Source: Nymphaea colorata (taxonomy: Eukaryota). Taken from it: DNA of 64,000 nucleotides. The notes beneath the pieces are model-generated. The model saw only the letters and a list, made by a program, of their open reading frames with translations, was not told the origin of the DNA and ran no database searches. Positions 12,264 through 24,940 of this stretch are shown piece by piece. The stretch lies in contig NC_045138.2 of the NCBI RefSeq assembly GCF_008831285.2, positions 20,398,001 through 20,462,000 on the forward strand. The letters run 5' to 3'. The translations under genes and the position numbers were made by a program. How positions within the stretch are numbered: the first letter of the stretch is position 1; each line of letters opens with the position of its first letter.

Positions 12264-15200
12264 ATGGATGAGGAGAAACGGTGGCGGAGGAGAACGGGGG
12301 ATGAGGGATTCAGAGGGATTGGTGAAGGAGGGGATGTGGTGGAGGTGGGTGGATCCGGCGATCGGTGTTCCATGAGGAGGGTGGTCAAAAACCACTGCTG
12401 GACGGAGGAGGTCGACCCGGGGAATTTCGTGCGCAAGTGCGAGAAGACGCAGCAGCTCCTTCGCAAATGCGTCGGAAGGTCGGTTCCTACCTTTCTTTTC
12501 TCTTCCTCTTGTTTTTTGCTCGGAGTCGATTGTTGTCGTGCTTTTCACAAGCCTGTGTGTTGTTTATTCATTTACCCTTGATGCCGGCAAGCATGTAGAT
12601 TCCTTTGAATCAAAGACTGGGTACGTCCTCTCCGTTCTTCTTCCTTGCTCGTTCTGAGGATGCTTGTCGTTCTCTCATGGGGTTTCTGGAGGTGTAATGT
12701 CCAGAAGTGCCGAAGGTCCTTTTCATGTCTTACTGGATTAGTCTACATTTTTTCGTTATCCTTGCTCTTTCTCTTTCCCGAATTTTACCGATAAATGTTT
12801 TTTGGTGACATGGCTTTTCTGAATTTGTTACATGCATTCATTTGATGGTTTTTCATTATTGTGAGTGCTCAAGTTGGCTTCTCTAGTGGACTGAAAGGGG
12901 TATAGATATGATTTATGTTTTCCTCTGTAGTGTGTTTGGTTATTTTTTTCATCGGTAGCGGAGAAATCGCCAACTTAAGCAGAATGAATAAATTATCGGT
13001 ATACATAAGAGTTTCGTTGAAGTGTTTAATGGGTTGGCCTTAAAGACCCTTAGGAAAGATGTCGTGAATTCAATACCTGGTGCTTTTGCTATGAGTTGGC
13101 GCCTATTGAACGGTACTGGAGAAGGGGCATATTCTAGTTTCGCTAGGTAACAGAGCTACAGATGGCTTATAGATTTTAGCTAATTGAATACAAAAAACTA
13201 TTTTTTAAGTGCGAATTGTTTGCACTTCTTTTATTGCTTCCAGAAGAATATGGTTTGCTTGCTTTGTTAATTCTAAAACACTGTGTTATGCTTTGTCTCG
13301 ATTTATTATTCTGACGTTAGGTGCTGAAACTTTGCTCTAGTTTGATCTTTCAACTGTGTAAGTTTCTTGTACGGTTATTTAATTCAATATGTTCTTTTGT
13401 CCATCTAAACAATGCTTTTAGCTAGCCAAGAACAGCAACCATAGTTAGAGCAGACTTATTTGCAACATTTTTTAGATCTAGAATAGGATGCATATTCTAA
13501 AGATTTTTAGATCCAAAAAGTGAAAAAATTCATAGTGCAAAAACCAATGACATTAACTGCCTAAGGAAATGATAACACCACAGGTTCTGGTGTTTGAACT
13601 TTGAAGTTTTCCGGAATTTGAAAGATGGTAATACAGAGTAGAATTTTTGTTGCAGAACAAAAGGATGTCAGCCACTAAGAGGATTAGATGGGCGAACAGG
13701 CATGTCTAATAGGTTTCTCACTCTGTTATCATGTTTAACATAGTTATTATCTTTCTCTCTCTCATGGCTCCTATCTTGATGAATATGAATGAATTATTGG
13801 CAATAAACAAGTCTAAATCTGAAAGGACGTCCATGCTTTCCATTTTACTATATGTTTGTGCACATTGTGTTTTTAATTTCTGAACCTGACCTTGGGTTGG
13901 GATTTCACTTGTCATGAATTATAGGCCTTATGAATATAAATAAATATAAGGGACCATTTCTTTTGTTTGTGTAAACTCAATTCCGTAGATATAATGAAAT
14001 GTCTATTTTGTCTATATTATGGATGTGACTAGTTGGGAAGAAGTGAATGATCTTTGGCTTGTTAGAGCTGGCACTTATCTAGATGAAGTGACGCGAGCGT
14101 TAAAAGAGGTTGTTTGCTTGGTTGGCCTTTTTGTAAAATCTGGGTGCATGATAATGTGTTTACATTGTGGTTAGGCTAGGTGGGTGCATTGTTGCAAAGT
14201 GCGTACCATAACTTACATATCATGAAATGATATGTGATACAATATATCAACGAAGTGATGAACATCAATCAGTTTAACATGCATAAGTCACATAAATCAC
14301 TAAGGAATAAACTTAAAATCTTTTACATCATGAAATGACAAACGAAATGATAATCCATCGTCTTTTCCTTCAAACTCTACCTTCTGACATATATAGGCTC
14401 CTCATAACCAGATGTACCATTTCCTGGAATATGGTGATGGCTTTTTCAAGGTGCTCCAAGTTGGTAGGATCAATTTACTTTATATCTGATTCATAATTTC
14501 CTTTTTTCTTTAAAAAGTGAAAAAATAATCAACACACTTAGAGTACAAGTGTATATCAAATCAACTTATGAACCGTGTCTCTTTTTAGTTGGTGCTTTTG
14601 CCGAGATCTCCCCATGGCAATTGGTTTTTTACAATAATTGGAAACAAGTTTTAGCTGATTATCACTTTGCATTTGAGTGCATTGCTGTTTGTTGCTGTGT
14701 AGGGTCGGTTAAAGCCATTTTTTTAAAATCAAAATTTATATTAGAGATGGAAGATTTTATACCTTTCATGGTGAAATAAACTTTTACGGACAAGGAGACC
14801 TTGTTTCTTCAACACAAAATTGAGCTTCAAGTCGAGGAAAAACTTCCTCACACTCCCAAGGATGTACATGTCAGGCACGAGGGGGATTTTATACCCACAA
14901 ATGGAAAAGTCTTCGGGTCCCCTTCCAATTCAACCAGTCCCATTTACTATATGGAAAGTACTTAGTAGTGCATCATATTATGCAAGCCTCATATTGTATT
15001 TCATGTACATTAGAGGATCTTATACCCCTTGAAACTAGTAATATCATTAAACTCTAAATATTAGATTACATAAACAGATATACGCAAATACTTGGTGGTT
15101 ATCAAGTGTCAACTATGAGGTTGATTGTTTGAATCCAATGGCTTTAACTGTTTAAACCAAGTTTCCACAGACCAATTTGTATTCTGCTAATCTAGAAGGA

Positions 15201-16640
15201 TGAACAAGCTGGAGCTTGTCTTGGCTAACCACAAGGAACGGTGTGTTCCTTGATGATGTCTGGGGCCTAACCTTTTGTGTTTACTTTGGTTGCAATTTTG
15301 TGTAGTTTACTGTTTACTGTTATTACCTTTAGGTGAAAAGGCAATCATGGCTGTGGTGTAAGGCAATCGTGGCTGTGGTGTGTGAGCTGAAGCCTCCATG
15401 CTTGAGGTTTCCAGATTTTATGAAAGTCTGTGAACCAGGTCAAAAGTACTTTCAAAGAGGCTGTCTCTGGCTCTAATTCGTCCTTTATAGTGAAAGCTGA
15501 TGTTCTCCAAATTTTTATGTGCCTGCTAATTTATGCCAAGTGTTATCCAGAGCATAGAACTAATACCACCAACTTGAAATTCAGTCTGGTCTCTTTAGAG
15601 CTATCAGTATGTTGTTGTTTTGATATCTTGATAATGGGGCTGCATTGCGTGGGTATGATCATGAGCATTTGGTGGATGATTTTTGCGACGGTAGTATCTT
15701 TGGTGCATGTATGAGGCATTATCATGTAGATGCGCTGTTATGGAGGGGCCAATGGAACCGATTGTTTCGTGTACCTGTATTGCATGTGCTTGTTCTACGA
15801 ATGGTGGGTGTCCTATAACTAGAACATGACAGGTTGTTAGGTAAGAAAGACAAACACGATGCTGTATTTTTTGGATTTAATTTATATTTTCGTCCATATA
15901 ATTGAATAAATTAAAATATCTTATGTTCTGGTTGAGTAAATTGGGCACGATAGATCTGTAATTAGTTTGTCTTCAAGTTCTTCATGACCTGTGGAAACTT
16001 CCTCTTCCAAGTTTTTTTGACTTCAGTCCAAGCTTGCCTTTAGCCAAATATTCGCTCTCATGTAGAAACCCATCTAATTTCGGGGGATTTTTACCTATCA
16101 TCAGGATGCCTGTGGGCAGATGCTAGTATCTGATTTTTTCTGCATTGAATTTTTCCCTGCAGCGCTCTCGTGTTTTGACCTTGATAACTATTCTTGTAAA
16201 ACACCATCCTTTTGGGGTATTATACTTCGTCACTAGCTGTCGTAGGAGAAGCTGCTCGTCCGACTTGTTTGCTTAGTCATATAAAATGCTCTGTTTTCCA
16301 ATCGTGCAGGCCCGTGGAAGTGGTGGAGTCGGACACAGAATACTCTGAAGAGAACGTCACGTACAATACCAGCATTGATTCGTTGCCATATGAATCCTCC
16401 AATCCCGAGCCGTTCACGTTCCCTGGGCTCCGAAGCGACCTCGAGTTTCTTGAGCAGGGGATCGTTGGTAGCTTCTCACGTTTCATCGAGGCAGCAGAGG
16501 AAATGAAGAACTACTTCCAATCACTGAGCGGATTTTCACGCGACTGGGAGTCCAGGAACCGGTCGACAAAATCAGCGGATGGTCCGTTTGAAATCCCTAT
16601 CAGCGATTCTGAAGATGCTGGCAAGAGCACCGACGTCTAA
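12264..16640 (+). CDS. Mal d 1/Fra a 1-associated protein-like (PR-10-interacting family), 2 exons, 181 aa
   Basis: Exon 1 12264-12478 (AG|GT) plus exon 2 16310-16640 (cag|G) join as ...RCSMRRVVKNHCWTEEVDPGNFVRKCEKTQQLLRKCVGR/PVEVVESDTEYSEENV...FTFPGLRSDLE..., matching the family motifs as I recall them; 546 nt in frame. Confidence 0.85.
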
Positions 16641-17319
16641 GCCATCCTTTTTCCATGGGCACGCGGATTGGGTTGCGGGAACATCGAAATCACATGCGGT
16701 TGTGTCAGCCCATATAATGCGTACCTGCTAAAATTGATACTATATCAGCCGATTCGCCTTTATGTGGGCTGATATGTTAAGAAAATAATAATATATATAG
16801 TTAAGCTTTAAATGCTAACTTACCGATTTGGGTTCTAGGACAAGAAGATAGGAAAGGATGTTTACATTACTGTTTTACTCAAAGCTAGCTAGCCGGCTGT
16901 CTCTTAAAGAACGTGGACGTGAAAGGCCCGTCGCCTTTTAGTACAAACGTAATCCGCATTTGTCAGTGTTTATTACCTCCCTCTGTTCGGTAATGTTGAA
17001 TTTGTTCTTTTTGTTTTCCGTCATATAACGTACCTCCCTCTTTAGGCGCCCTACAAGACTAAGAGAGAGTTCCGTCTGTTGAATGGTAGGATTGAGTCAT
17101 GAGTATTTTTGGTAAGAAAGGAACGGTGCGAGAGACCTTTTCTTTTGTTACTTTATATGGGACTGCTCTGGAAGGTCATCTGGCTCGCGCCTTTCACGGT
17201 CAAAACGCGTGGCTTGGGAACTTCACTTTCAGGACTTGTCGGATATGGTTTCAAAATTTTGCTTCTTTGCAAAACGAGGATTTGAAACTTTCACTGCCTA
17301 AGCATTGCAAAATAAGGAT

Positions 17320-20300
17320 TTAAAACTCTCATTTGTGAGTTCTTGTAAATTAAAAAGAGTTTGAAAAATGCAAGAGTCTGGTAAAACTAAAAGAAAGAAA
17401 ACATTACCATGCTCAGAGAAATTCCAAACAATACAAAGTTTTGACAAAAAACATTTATAAATAAGTAATCATTTGAAAACCGAAATCATTTTCAAAATTC
17501 GCTAAAGAAGTGAATTTAAAAGTTCAACACAACATTTGAAAATTTTACAAAAAACACAAGAATCTATCGAGATTTTAAAAATTTCAAGACACAACTTGTT
17601 GAAGTTGAAAGATGACATGCTTGTAAGAGTCATGAGCTTTGTCAATGAAAATAGTTTGAAAGAGTCTGCCGAATTTTCTATTAAAATGTGTCGACTTAGC
17701 TAAAAAGTTTGTTTTCCCTATAACAAGTGTAAGACTTTTGTAACAGAAGAAAAATTTCTAATGAAGCTTCAAAACTTTTCAAAAAATTGAACATGATAAA
17801 TTTTGAAATTATAAAGATAATTGTGAAAGTTGTCAGTTTATAAAAAATTGAACGTTTGCAAAAGATCTGTAAAACTAGGAAAACTTTTACAAAACAAAGA
17901 AAAATCTCAAATAACGTAAATCTTTCATACAGACGTTTAAAAACATGCTAAAATCATTATCAAAATCACTAACAAAGTTTAAAAAATTTAGAAGTTGCTT
18001 AAAATTTTTTTAAAAATTGAACGTATCAAACATTTAAAAATTTTCATGCTTTACTCTTTTAAGTTGTGAGTTGCAAAATCATTGAAAGTTGTGACTTTCA
18101 GAAAATTGAAACTTCTCAAAATGTTTTGAAAGTGCACCATCTTGCAAAATAAGCATTTGAAAGTTTCAAGACCCAAGCTTAAAGAATTGTGAAAGTTGGG
18201 AGTTCTTACAATCTAAAATAAAAGACTTGTGAAAGTTGGGAGTTCTTACAATCTAAAATAAAAGACTTGTGAAAGTTATGAGTTCTTATAAACTAAATAC
18301 AGTATAAATGTGTAAAGGTTTTGTAAATAGAAATACATTTACCAAAAACTCTTGAAAAACATGTTGCCTTGTAAGAGCTGAAATCACTTTCAATATTCGC
18401 TTAAAAATCCCATTTGTAAATTCAACACGACACTTAACTTTTTTTTCAAAAGCTAAACTGTACCAAGCTTTGAAAAGTTTCCAAACTTGTCAAAATAGGG
18501 AGTTGCTAAACGTATGAAACTTGTGAGTTTTGTAACAATTTGCATGTGATTAGAAATTTTTTTACTAAAACTTGTCAAGTTAGTCAAAGAGTTTGTGTTC
18601 CATATAAAATGTGTAAAAAGTGCAACAAATTTGTAAAACACAAAAAATTTTGATATGAAAGCTTCAAAACTTTTTAAGAATTGAAGTGTGACAAGTTTTT
18701 AAAACTTTAAAGGTCTTCCTTGTCAAAGTTGTAAGTTTAAAATCAGAAGCAGTTTGAAAGTGTCTAAAAATGTTTACATGTACAAAATTTTGAAAATAAA
18801 AATAAATGACATGATTTCCAAGAATTTGAAAATAGTGCCAAAATTTTAACAAAAAAACTTCTAAAAAAGTAATAACTTAGAAAACAAAAAATAATTCTCC
18901 GAATGAATGTGAGTTCAAAATAATAAGTGCAAATTTTAAAAATTGAAAAATGTGTTCAGCTTTGAAATTTTAAACAAGTGACTCGTGAAATCTGATTCAA
19001 GGTTGAGAAACATGAAAAAAATACGAGTTTTGTAAGCTAAAACAGTTTTAAAAAGCAAAATTTTAATAAACGTACAAAATCATTTACCAAACAAAGAGAA
19101 ATATCATATAGTGCAAAATTTTCACAAAAAATAGTTAAAAACATGTTACAATCATTGTCAAAATCACTCATAAAAGTTTATAAACTTGATGTGTTCCTTG
19201 AAAACTTTTCACAAAAAAAAAACATCAACCAATTGAAAGCTTGCAAAATTTTGTAAAAGTGAGATACCTTGAAATTTTCAAAAAAGTGTAAATTTCAAAA
19301 TGACACCTCAAAATGTTTCCAAAAGAAGTAAAAAAAGTGCCAAGAGTTTTCTAAAATCAAATAATTTTCAAATCACATCTTGCAATTTTTTTCAAAAAAA
19401 TGCAAATAAGAAAAGTTTCAACATCTGAGTTGACAAAACTTGTCAAGATTATGAGTTCTTGTAAACTAAAAGAGTTTGAGAGACAAGACTTTTGTAACAG
19501 TCAAAAGAACCCTTGTCAGTTTCAAAGAAATTTCAAATATTACAATAGTGTTTTGCGATAGAAACATTAAGTTTTTTCAAAATTTGAGCCAAAAATCCAT
19601 TATATTGTTCAACACAACACATGGAAATTTTTAAAAAAACCAAAGATCTAAAAAGTTATTAAAATTTCAAGACTTGTTAAAGTTCAAATTCGCAAATTTT
19701 TTTATTAAAATTGGTCAAGTTAGACAAAAAGGTTTGTATTCATTATAAAAAAAAATGTAAAAAAGTTCAATTGTGTTCATTATAAAAAAGGTAACAAAGT
19801 TCATCAGACTTGTGAAAGTTGTTAAGTTAGCAAATTAGAAGCAGTTTAAAATGTTTTAAAAACACTTAGTAGAAATTTTTGAAATTCCTCAAAAAGACTC
19901 TAGTTGTTTCAAAATATGTACAAAACTTTGAAAAATAAAGATAGATGTTATGGTGGACAAGAATCTACAAATCACGCAAAAATATTACATAGAGAACTTT
20001 CAAAAACGGCACCTTAGAAAACCAAAAAGAAATGTCAAAATCACACAACAGTACAAATGTGAGTTCAAAGCAATAGGTGCAAAAACTTAGCAAATTAAAG
20101 ATTGTGTTAAGCTTTTGAAATTTTCAAAAGGTGCTATGTATCACCATGCTGCTATACTTCATGTTTTCATTCTTACTACTTTGAATGTTCAGAAAAAATT
20201 CAAGTGAATGTGATCTATATATAGGTGGCAACATATGGTTTCAGTAATGTTCAGAAATGTTAGACCACATTTTTTAAGCGAAGTATTAAACTCCTAGCGT

Positions 20301-21365
20301 AGTTCATCAGCTGATTTTTTTTTTCCGGCGCAATCCCGTTGGACCACATACTGGTGTCGGTCTCAGGGAAAATTTTCAACCCCTGGCCTGGTTCATCAGT
20401 CTCACAAGTCCTGATTGATCACGTACCTTTCTGAACAACTTGTGGAGAACCACCATTACTTATGGCAGCGTCAGTGCACTGTGCAGCAAGGGAAGCCATA
20501 AAGGCAGCAAGAAGTGATAGACGTACTTACAGTAATTCTGAGAGGACTTTCAGCATTTAGGATGGATACTCCTGCTACCATGGACTACATTAAAGAACTC
20601 TGCCAGCTAGACAATGTTGAGAGGTACTTGCAGAGTGTGATCGCCCACAGCTAAGGCATTCCTGATGCTGTGTTTCACATGTAGTTGCATGAATTCGTAT
20701 GCCGAGATTTCCTGGTTGTGTCACTCATTCTTATCCTCTTTGAGCCAAAATATTGCATAGAAAACCCAGAATAAATAAGGCTGTGCCATCACTTCCTCCA
20801 GTTAAGGGGCGTTTGGTAAGAAAAACATTCTTTCTTTCCAAAACAGCCCCTGCTGGAGGAGCGCCCTCCTAAACGAATTAATCAAAATAGCAAGTATAAA
20901 ATTTAAGGCATATAATAAATATTGCAATTATAGTTACTATTTCTAAACCAATAATCAAATATTTAACATAATTACACTGTGTATATGAAGCACTGATTGA
21001 TTTTATCTGGTGAAGGGGAATTACAACCTGTTTTGCAAAACGAAGGAAGCCTCATAGAACATGTAAAAAAATTTGTAAAACAAAAATATATTTGTTATAA
21101 TGTTTAGCAATCTTTCAAATAGTGCAAAGAATTCTACTTGCAGAAAATGTGAGCTTAGAAAAGCCAAACTATCAAAGTCTCTCAAAAGTGCAAAGATTTA
21201 TGAGTTTTAAACTGCATTTACAAAATTTGAAGAAAAATGAAAAATTAAAATTCTTATAAGATATAATTTTACTTATAAAATGTCCAAATTTACAAAACTT
21301 GTGAAAGTTGTGAATATTGTAAACTAAAAACAGTCTATAATGCAAGGGTTTTTCAAACTAGAAAA
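17320..21365. repeat. A-rich degenerate tandem array (about 0.9-1.2-kb period), interrupted at about 20134-21025
   Basis: Recurring blocks: gagttcttgtaaa.taaaa (about 17340, 18280, 19453, variant at 21310), ttcaacac (17523, 18421, 19608), aatcatt.tcaaaatcact (about 17950, 19150), aatgtgagttcaaa (about 18905, 20055); exact 40-bp unit x2.5 at 18187-18289. Confidence 0.75.
20439..20654 (+). pseudogene. Orphan terminal exon of an aldehyde oxidase (AAO/xanthine oxidase family), frameshifted
   Basis: Translates CGEPPLLMAASVHCAAREAIKAARSD... then, after a +1 shift, SAFRMDTPATMDYIKELCQLDNVERYLQSVIAHS*, matching the plant AO C-terminus (GEPPLLLAASVHCA...PATM..KELCGLDNVERYL); the acceptor reads caa instead of cag. 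Confidence 0.85.
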
Positions 21366-22817
21366 ATTGGGAACATGATGATCTTGAGGGTCTCCCCTAA
21401 AAAATTGTTTGTCTGAATGATGGAACAAATGTCAAATAACTCATCAAGGTGCTTATACGGAACTTAGTAAGACAACACATAAAATGATGGTAACATCTGA
21501 ATTAAGTGTGGTTCAAATTGACAGTTTGAAACCAACAGGTCAAAATGAGTCTCTTCCAAACAGATTTTCCAGAAGGAGCCTTAGGTCTTTGTGTAAGACA
21601 AGTTAAAACATGCCCAGACCAAAAATTAGAACTTTTCAACTAGATTTAATGTTTTTAAACGAATTTTAAATCTCAAACAAAATTATGCTGAAGAACAGAA
21701 TTATACAGGTTGAAAACTAGATCACTTCTTTTTTGTTTCTTCACAGGCTGAAGATGCAGAATTTACTCTAAAGTATGCAAGCACTCAGAAATAACCAAAA
21801 ACATATAAACAAACTTCAATAAAACAAAAAAATAAAAAAAATAGCCCTTACATGTGCACTTGATCCTTCATTTCGCACAATCAACATAACAAATCATGCA
21901 AACAAGAAAAGTGAGCCTAGAAACATGATGTATGTCAATGCTACATGTAACTAACTATGCTCAAAACCTATATGTAACTAACTAATCTAACCTTATAAAG
22001 AAATAGAAAGATCAATAAAGTTATTCTATTACTTCAATGTTCAAATATAACCAGCAATTGCACAGCTTCATATATGATCATGAATTTTTTTTTTTTTTTT
22101 AAAATCAGATCCAAACTACTTCATACAAGTCAGACTTCAACGACTTCACAGCAATCATCGACAAATTCAAAACATATAGACAGTGACCAGACTTTATATA
22201 TTATCTGAATATTTCCACAAAAAAACAGTTTTAAACATTTCACCTTTCAACAACATCCACAAAGCTTACAACCAGACCCACAACTGAACTGCTTCTCCAT
22301 GCCCACAAATCAGACACGCATTTGATTTCTTTTCCACGATAAACGCTCACATCCACATCTGAGTTTCCAATAGCAACTAGCACAACATCATATATGTGCC
22401 CATCTAGATGATGTTCACAAGTATTAGGTTTACCTGGGCAATCAAGAGAAAGGGGCATTGCTGTTTGTTGCAACTGACGAGATCCCAGATCTCCTAACAG
22501 CAGATTTTTGGTGATGAACACGTCTAGGAAGTAGACCATAACGACTAAGAAAAACACCTGCAATCGAGTATATCAGAACACATTTAGAGATGGTGTCAGA
22601 TGGCCCTAGATTCAAGCCACCTCTCATACCATGTTGACAACAAAGGAGGAGAATCAGAAAAGTTGTCCTTCATTAACTCTAATATTCTTAAACAGACTAG
22701 TGAAAAATGACTGGAGGACCAACATATTGCAAGAAAAAAAAAAAAAGAGTACAATGATTTGATAGAAATTTCAACTTACTACTCTAAGCTTATAAATATT
22801 CTCTCTCTCTCTCTCTC

Positions 22818-22852
<35 letters not shown>

Positions 22853-22862
22853 ATATATATAT

Positions 22863-23090
22863 TTGGAAATAGTCCACGGCTAGTACTGCTAAGAAAACTA
22901 AAAAGAAAAATATGAAGCAGTAAACAAGATGAAGAATACATATATATATATATAATATATATATTCTTCATCTTGTTTACTGCTTCATATTTTTCTTTTT
23001 AGTTTTCTTAGCAGTATATTCTTCATCTTGTTTACTGCTTCATTTTTTTTTTTAGCTTTCTTAGCAGTGCTAGCCGTGGACTATTTCCAA
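22863..23090. repeat. Long inverted repeat (fold-back) centred on a (TA)n tract, right arm partly duplicated
   Basis: Left arm 22863-22938; an exact reverse complement of its inner 55 bp at 22962-23016, followed by a slightly diverged full-length reverse complement at 23017-23090. Confidence 0.95.
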
Positions 23091-24798
23091 CAGCTACATT
23101 TGTAACTGTTGTGTAGGAACTAGTCCAACAGCCAATCTTCTTCTTTGATCTTCTTTATTCAATTTTATAGTCTATAAATAAGTGAATGTTCTTCCTGTGC
23201 AACTTATGGCCTGACTGCAAGTTTGTATGGTCATTCATTCATAAACATATTCATGATTTATTCCCTGTGGTGGCTTTGACTGTGATATTGGGACTTCAAA
23301 TTGGCCATTGTAAGACTGATTTCTACCCTTGTTTTTAATCTAATTAACAGAAATAGTCCCTATCCTAATGGGTTGCAAATTACAAAAACCAGGGCCATAT
23401 TTGAAGGAGAAATGAATGATAATTTGCAGGCAGAGCAGCTATCTCTCAGGAACTCCTTTCTTATAAAATAAGAACAACTTTCCACTTGGTTCCACCACAA
23501 TATCTGAAAATGGACAAAGTAGTACGCCGATCTAGATCACATAGAAAATACTCATTCAATGAGCAACAGCACAAAGCAACCAGTGGTCTGGAAGGCATAT
23601 AAGCTTAGGGCTTTTAACTTTTAAGGAATTTGCAGAAATTAGATGTAATCAAAATCATAAAGCATCGCCAAGATAGAAGTAACAATGTAACATGACTCTG
23701 ACGTATGTCTGTAATAAACTACACAGTTTCTACGTCTATGTCACAATTTTATTGCTTGAAAAGTTTTTGCCTGTGACACTTTTTTTTTATGTGCAGATTT
23801 ACCTACGACACATCTAGGGTCTAGTTCTGTGATTGCAGAAAGCCACTGTCAGGGTGAGATTTGCACTCAGGATGATCTATTTGATGTATGGGTCAAGCAA
23901 CAGCCAACATTTCAACTCAGATTAAACTTGTATCACATTTAAGCAACAAAATCAACCTTATTGATTCTTAAATTTCAGTACATTTCATAAAAATTAGTGT
24001 ACATGCAAATTGTCAAAAATACACCGTCCCTTTCAGCTAGTTATGTGTGCATATGTTAGGTAGACAAGCACATGCATGGACAATATCTCTCAATAACATA
24101 AAAATAACTATTAACCAAGAAGGGCAAAATGGCAGAATTATCATGATTATCAATCTAATGTTGAATCTGTATAAAATGCTTGGTATGCTCAAACAAAATA
24201 GAATTCGGCTCTTACTGCTAAGCTTCCAAAGGATGCAACTGAAAGTAGAACCTCACATAGAATAAAGATAACAACAAAGCTGTTATTGCAGCAATATTAA
24301 ATAGGCAATAAAAAAATCAAAAATGTCTCTCAAACACCAGAAAGGTGAGATAACTTTCAGATCCTGAGTTTGCATACCATGCTGGGGGTTAAGGGCGAAA
24401 AACATAATGTAGAGCTGAGGAATAAACAGGAAGTTGTGATTAATTTCGCTAGACGGAAAACAATATTTTTCCTTGTATCCTGATATGAAACAAGAAGAAG
24501 AAAAACAGACGTGGCAACCCTGCAGAGAAGAGCATGCCTTCTAACAAGTGTGAATCACGCGATGAAACTAAAACTTTTAAGGCATAGAATCTACGGACGG
24601 ATCTCTAAAGCTAATTAAACGATTTTTCATATTTTCGAAAAGAAATTAAGAAATAGTTAAAAGTGAACCGAGACGGCCTTCCAATGACAGGAACAATATG
24701 GAAAAAACTACGATCTGCGATCAATATACTGCAACCAATAATAGATTTTCGAATGTAGGGGCTAGAAAATTAATAAACAATTAATCAAAATCGTTTAC

Positions 24799-24940
24799 CT
24801 GAAATCCCAACGTCGTATCCGAACATTAACCCGCCAGTGGCAGCCATGATGCAGGAAACGATGATGATCCGAGTGATATTCCCCTCGAAATGGACCCCTC
24901 CAGTCCTCGCCAGTGTCCAGAATCCAGCGGTCATATCCAT
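24799..24940 (-). pseudogene. STP13: Orphan first coding exon of an STP13-like hexose/H+ symporter
   Basis: [50 protein letters not shown] matches STP13-type exon 1 ([18 protein letters not shown]) with a phase-1 intron donor; no STP exon 2 (GVTSM..FL..FFP) recognised downstream. Confidence 0.75.

Noticed and set aside
15333..15381. Possible cassette exon with a 22-bp duplication in the long intron
   Set aside because: Splice signals alone are insufficient evidence.
22289..22299. 11-nt match to the miR164 5' end (TGGAGAAGCAG, minus strand)
   Set aside because: The remainder mismatches and there is no precursor hairpin.
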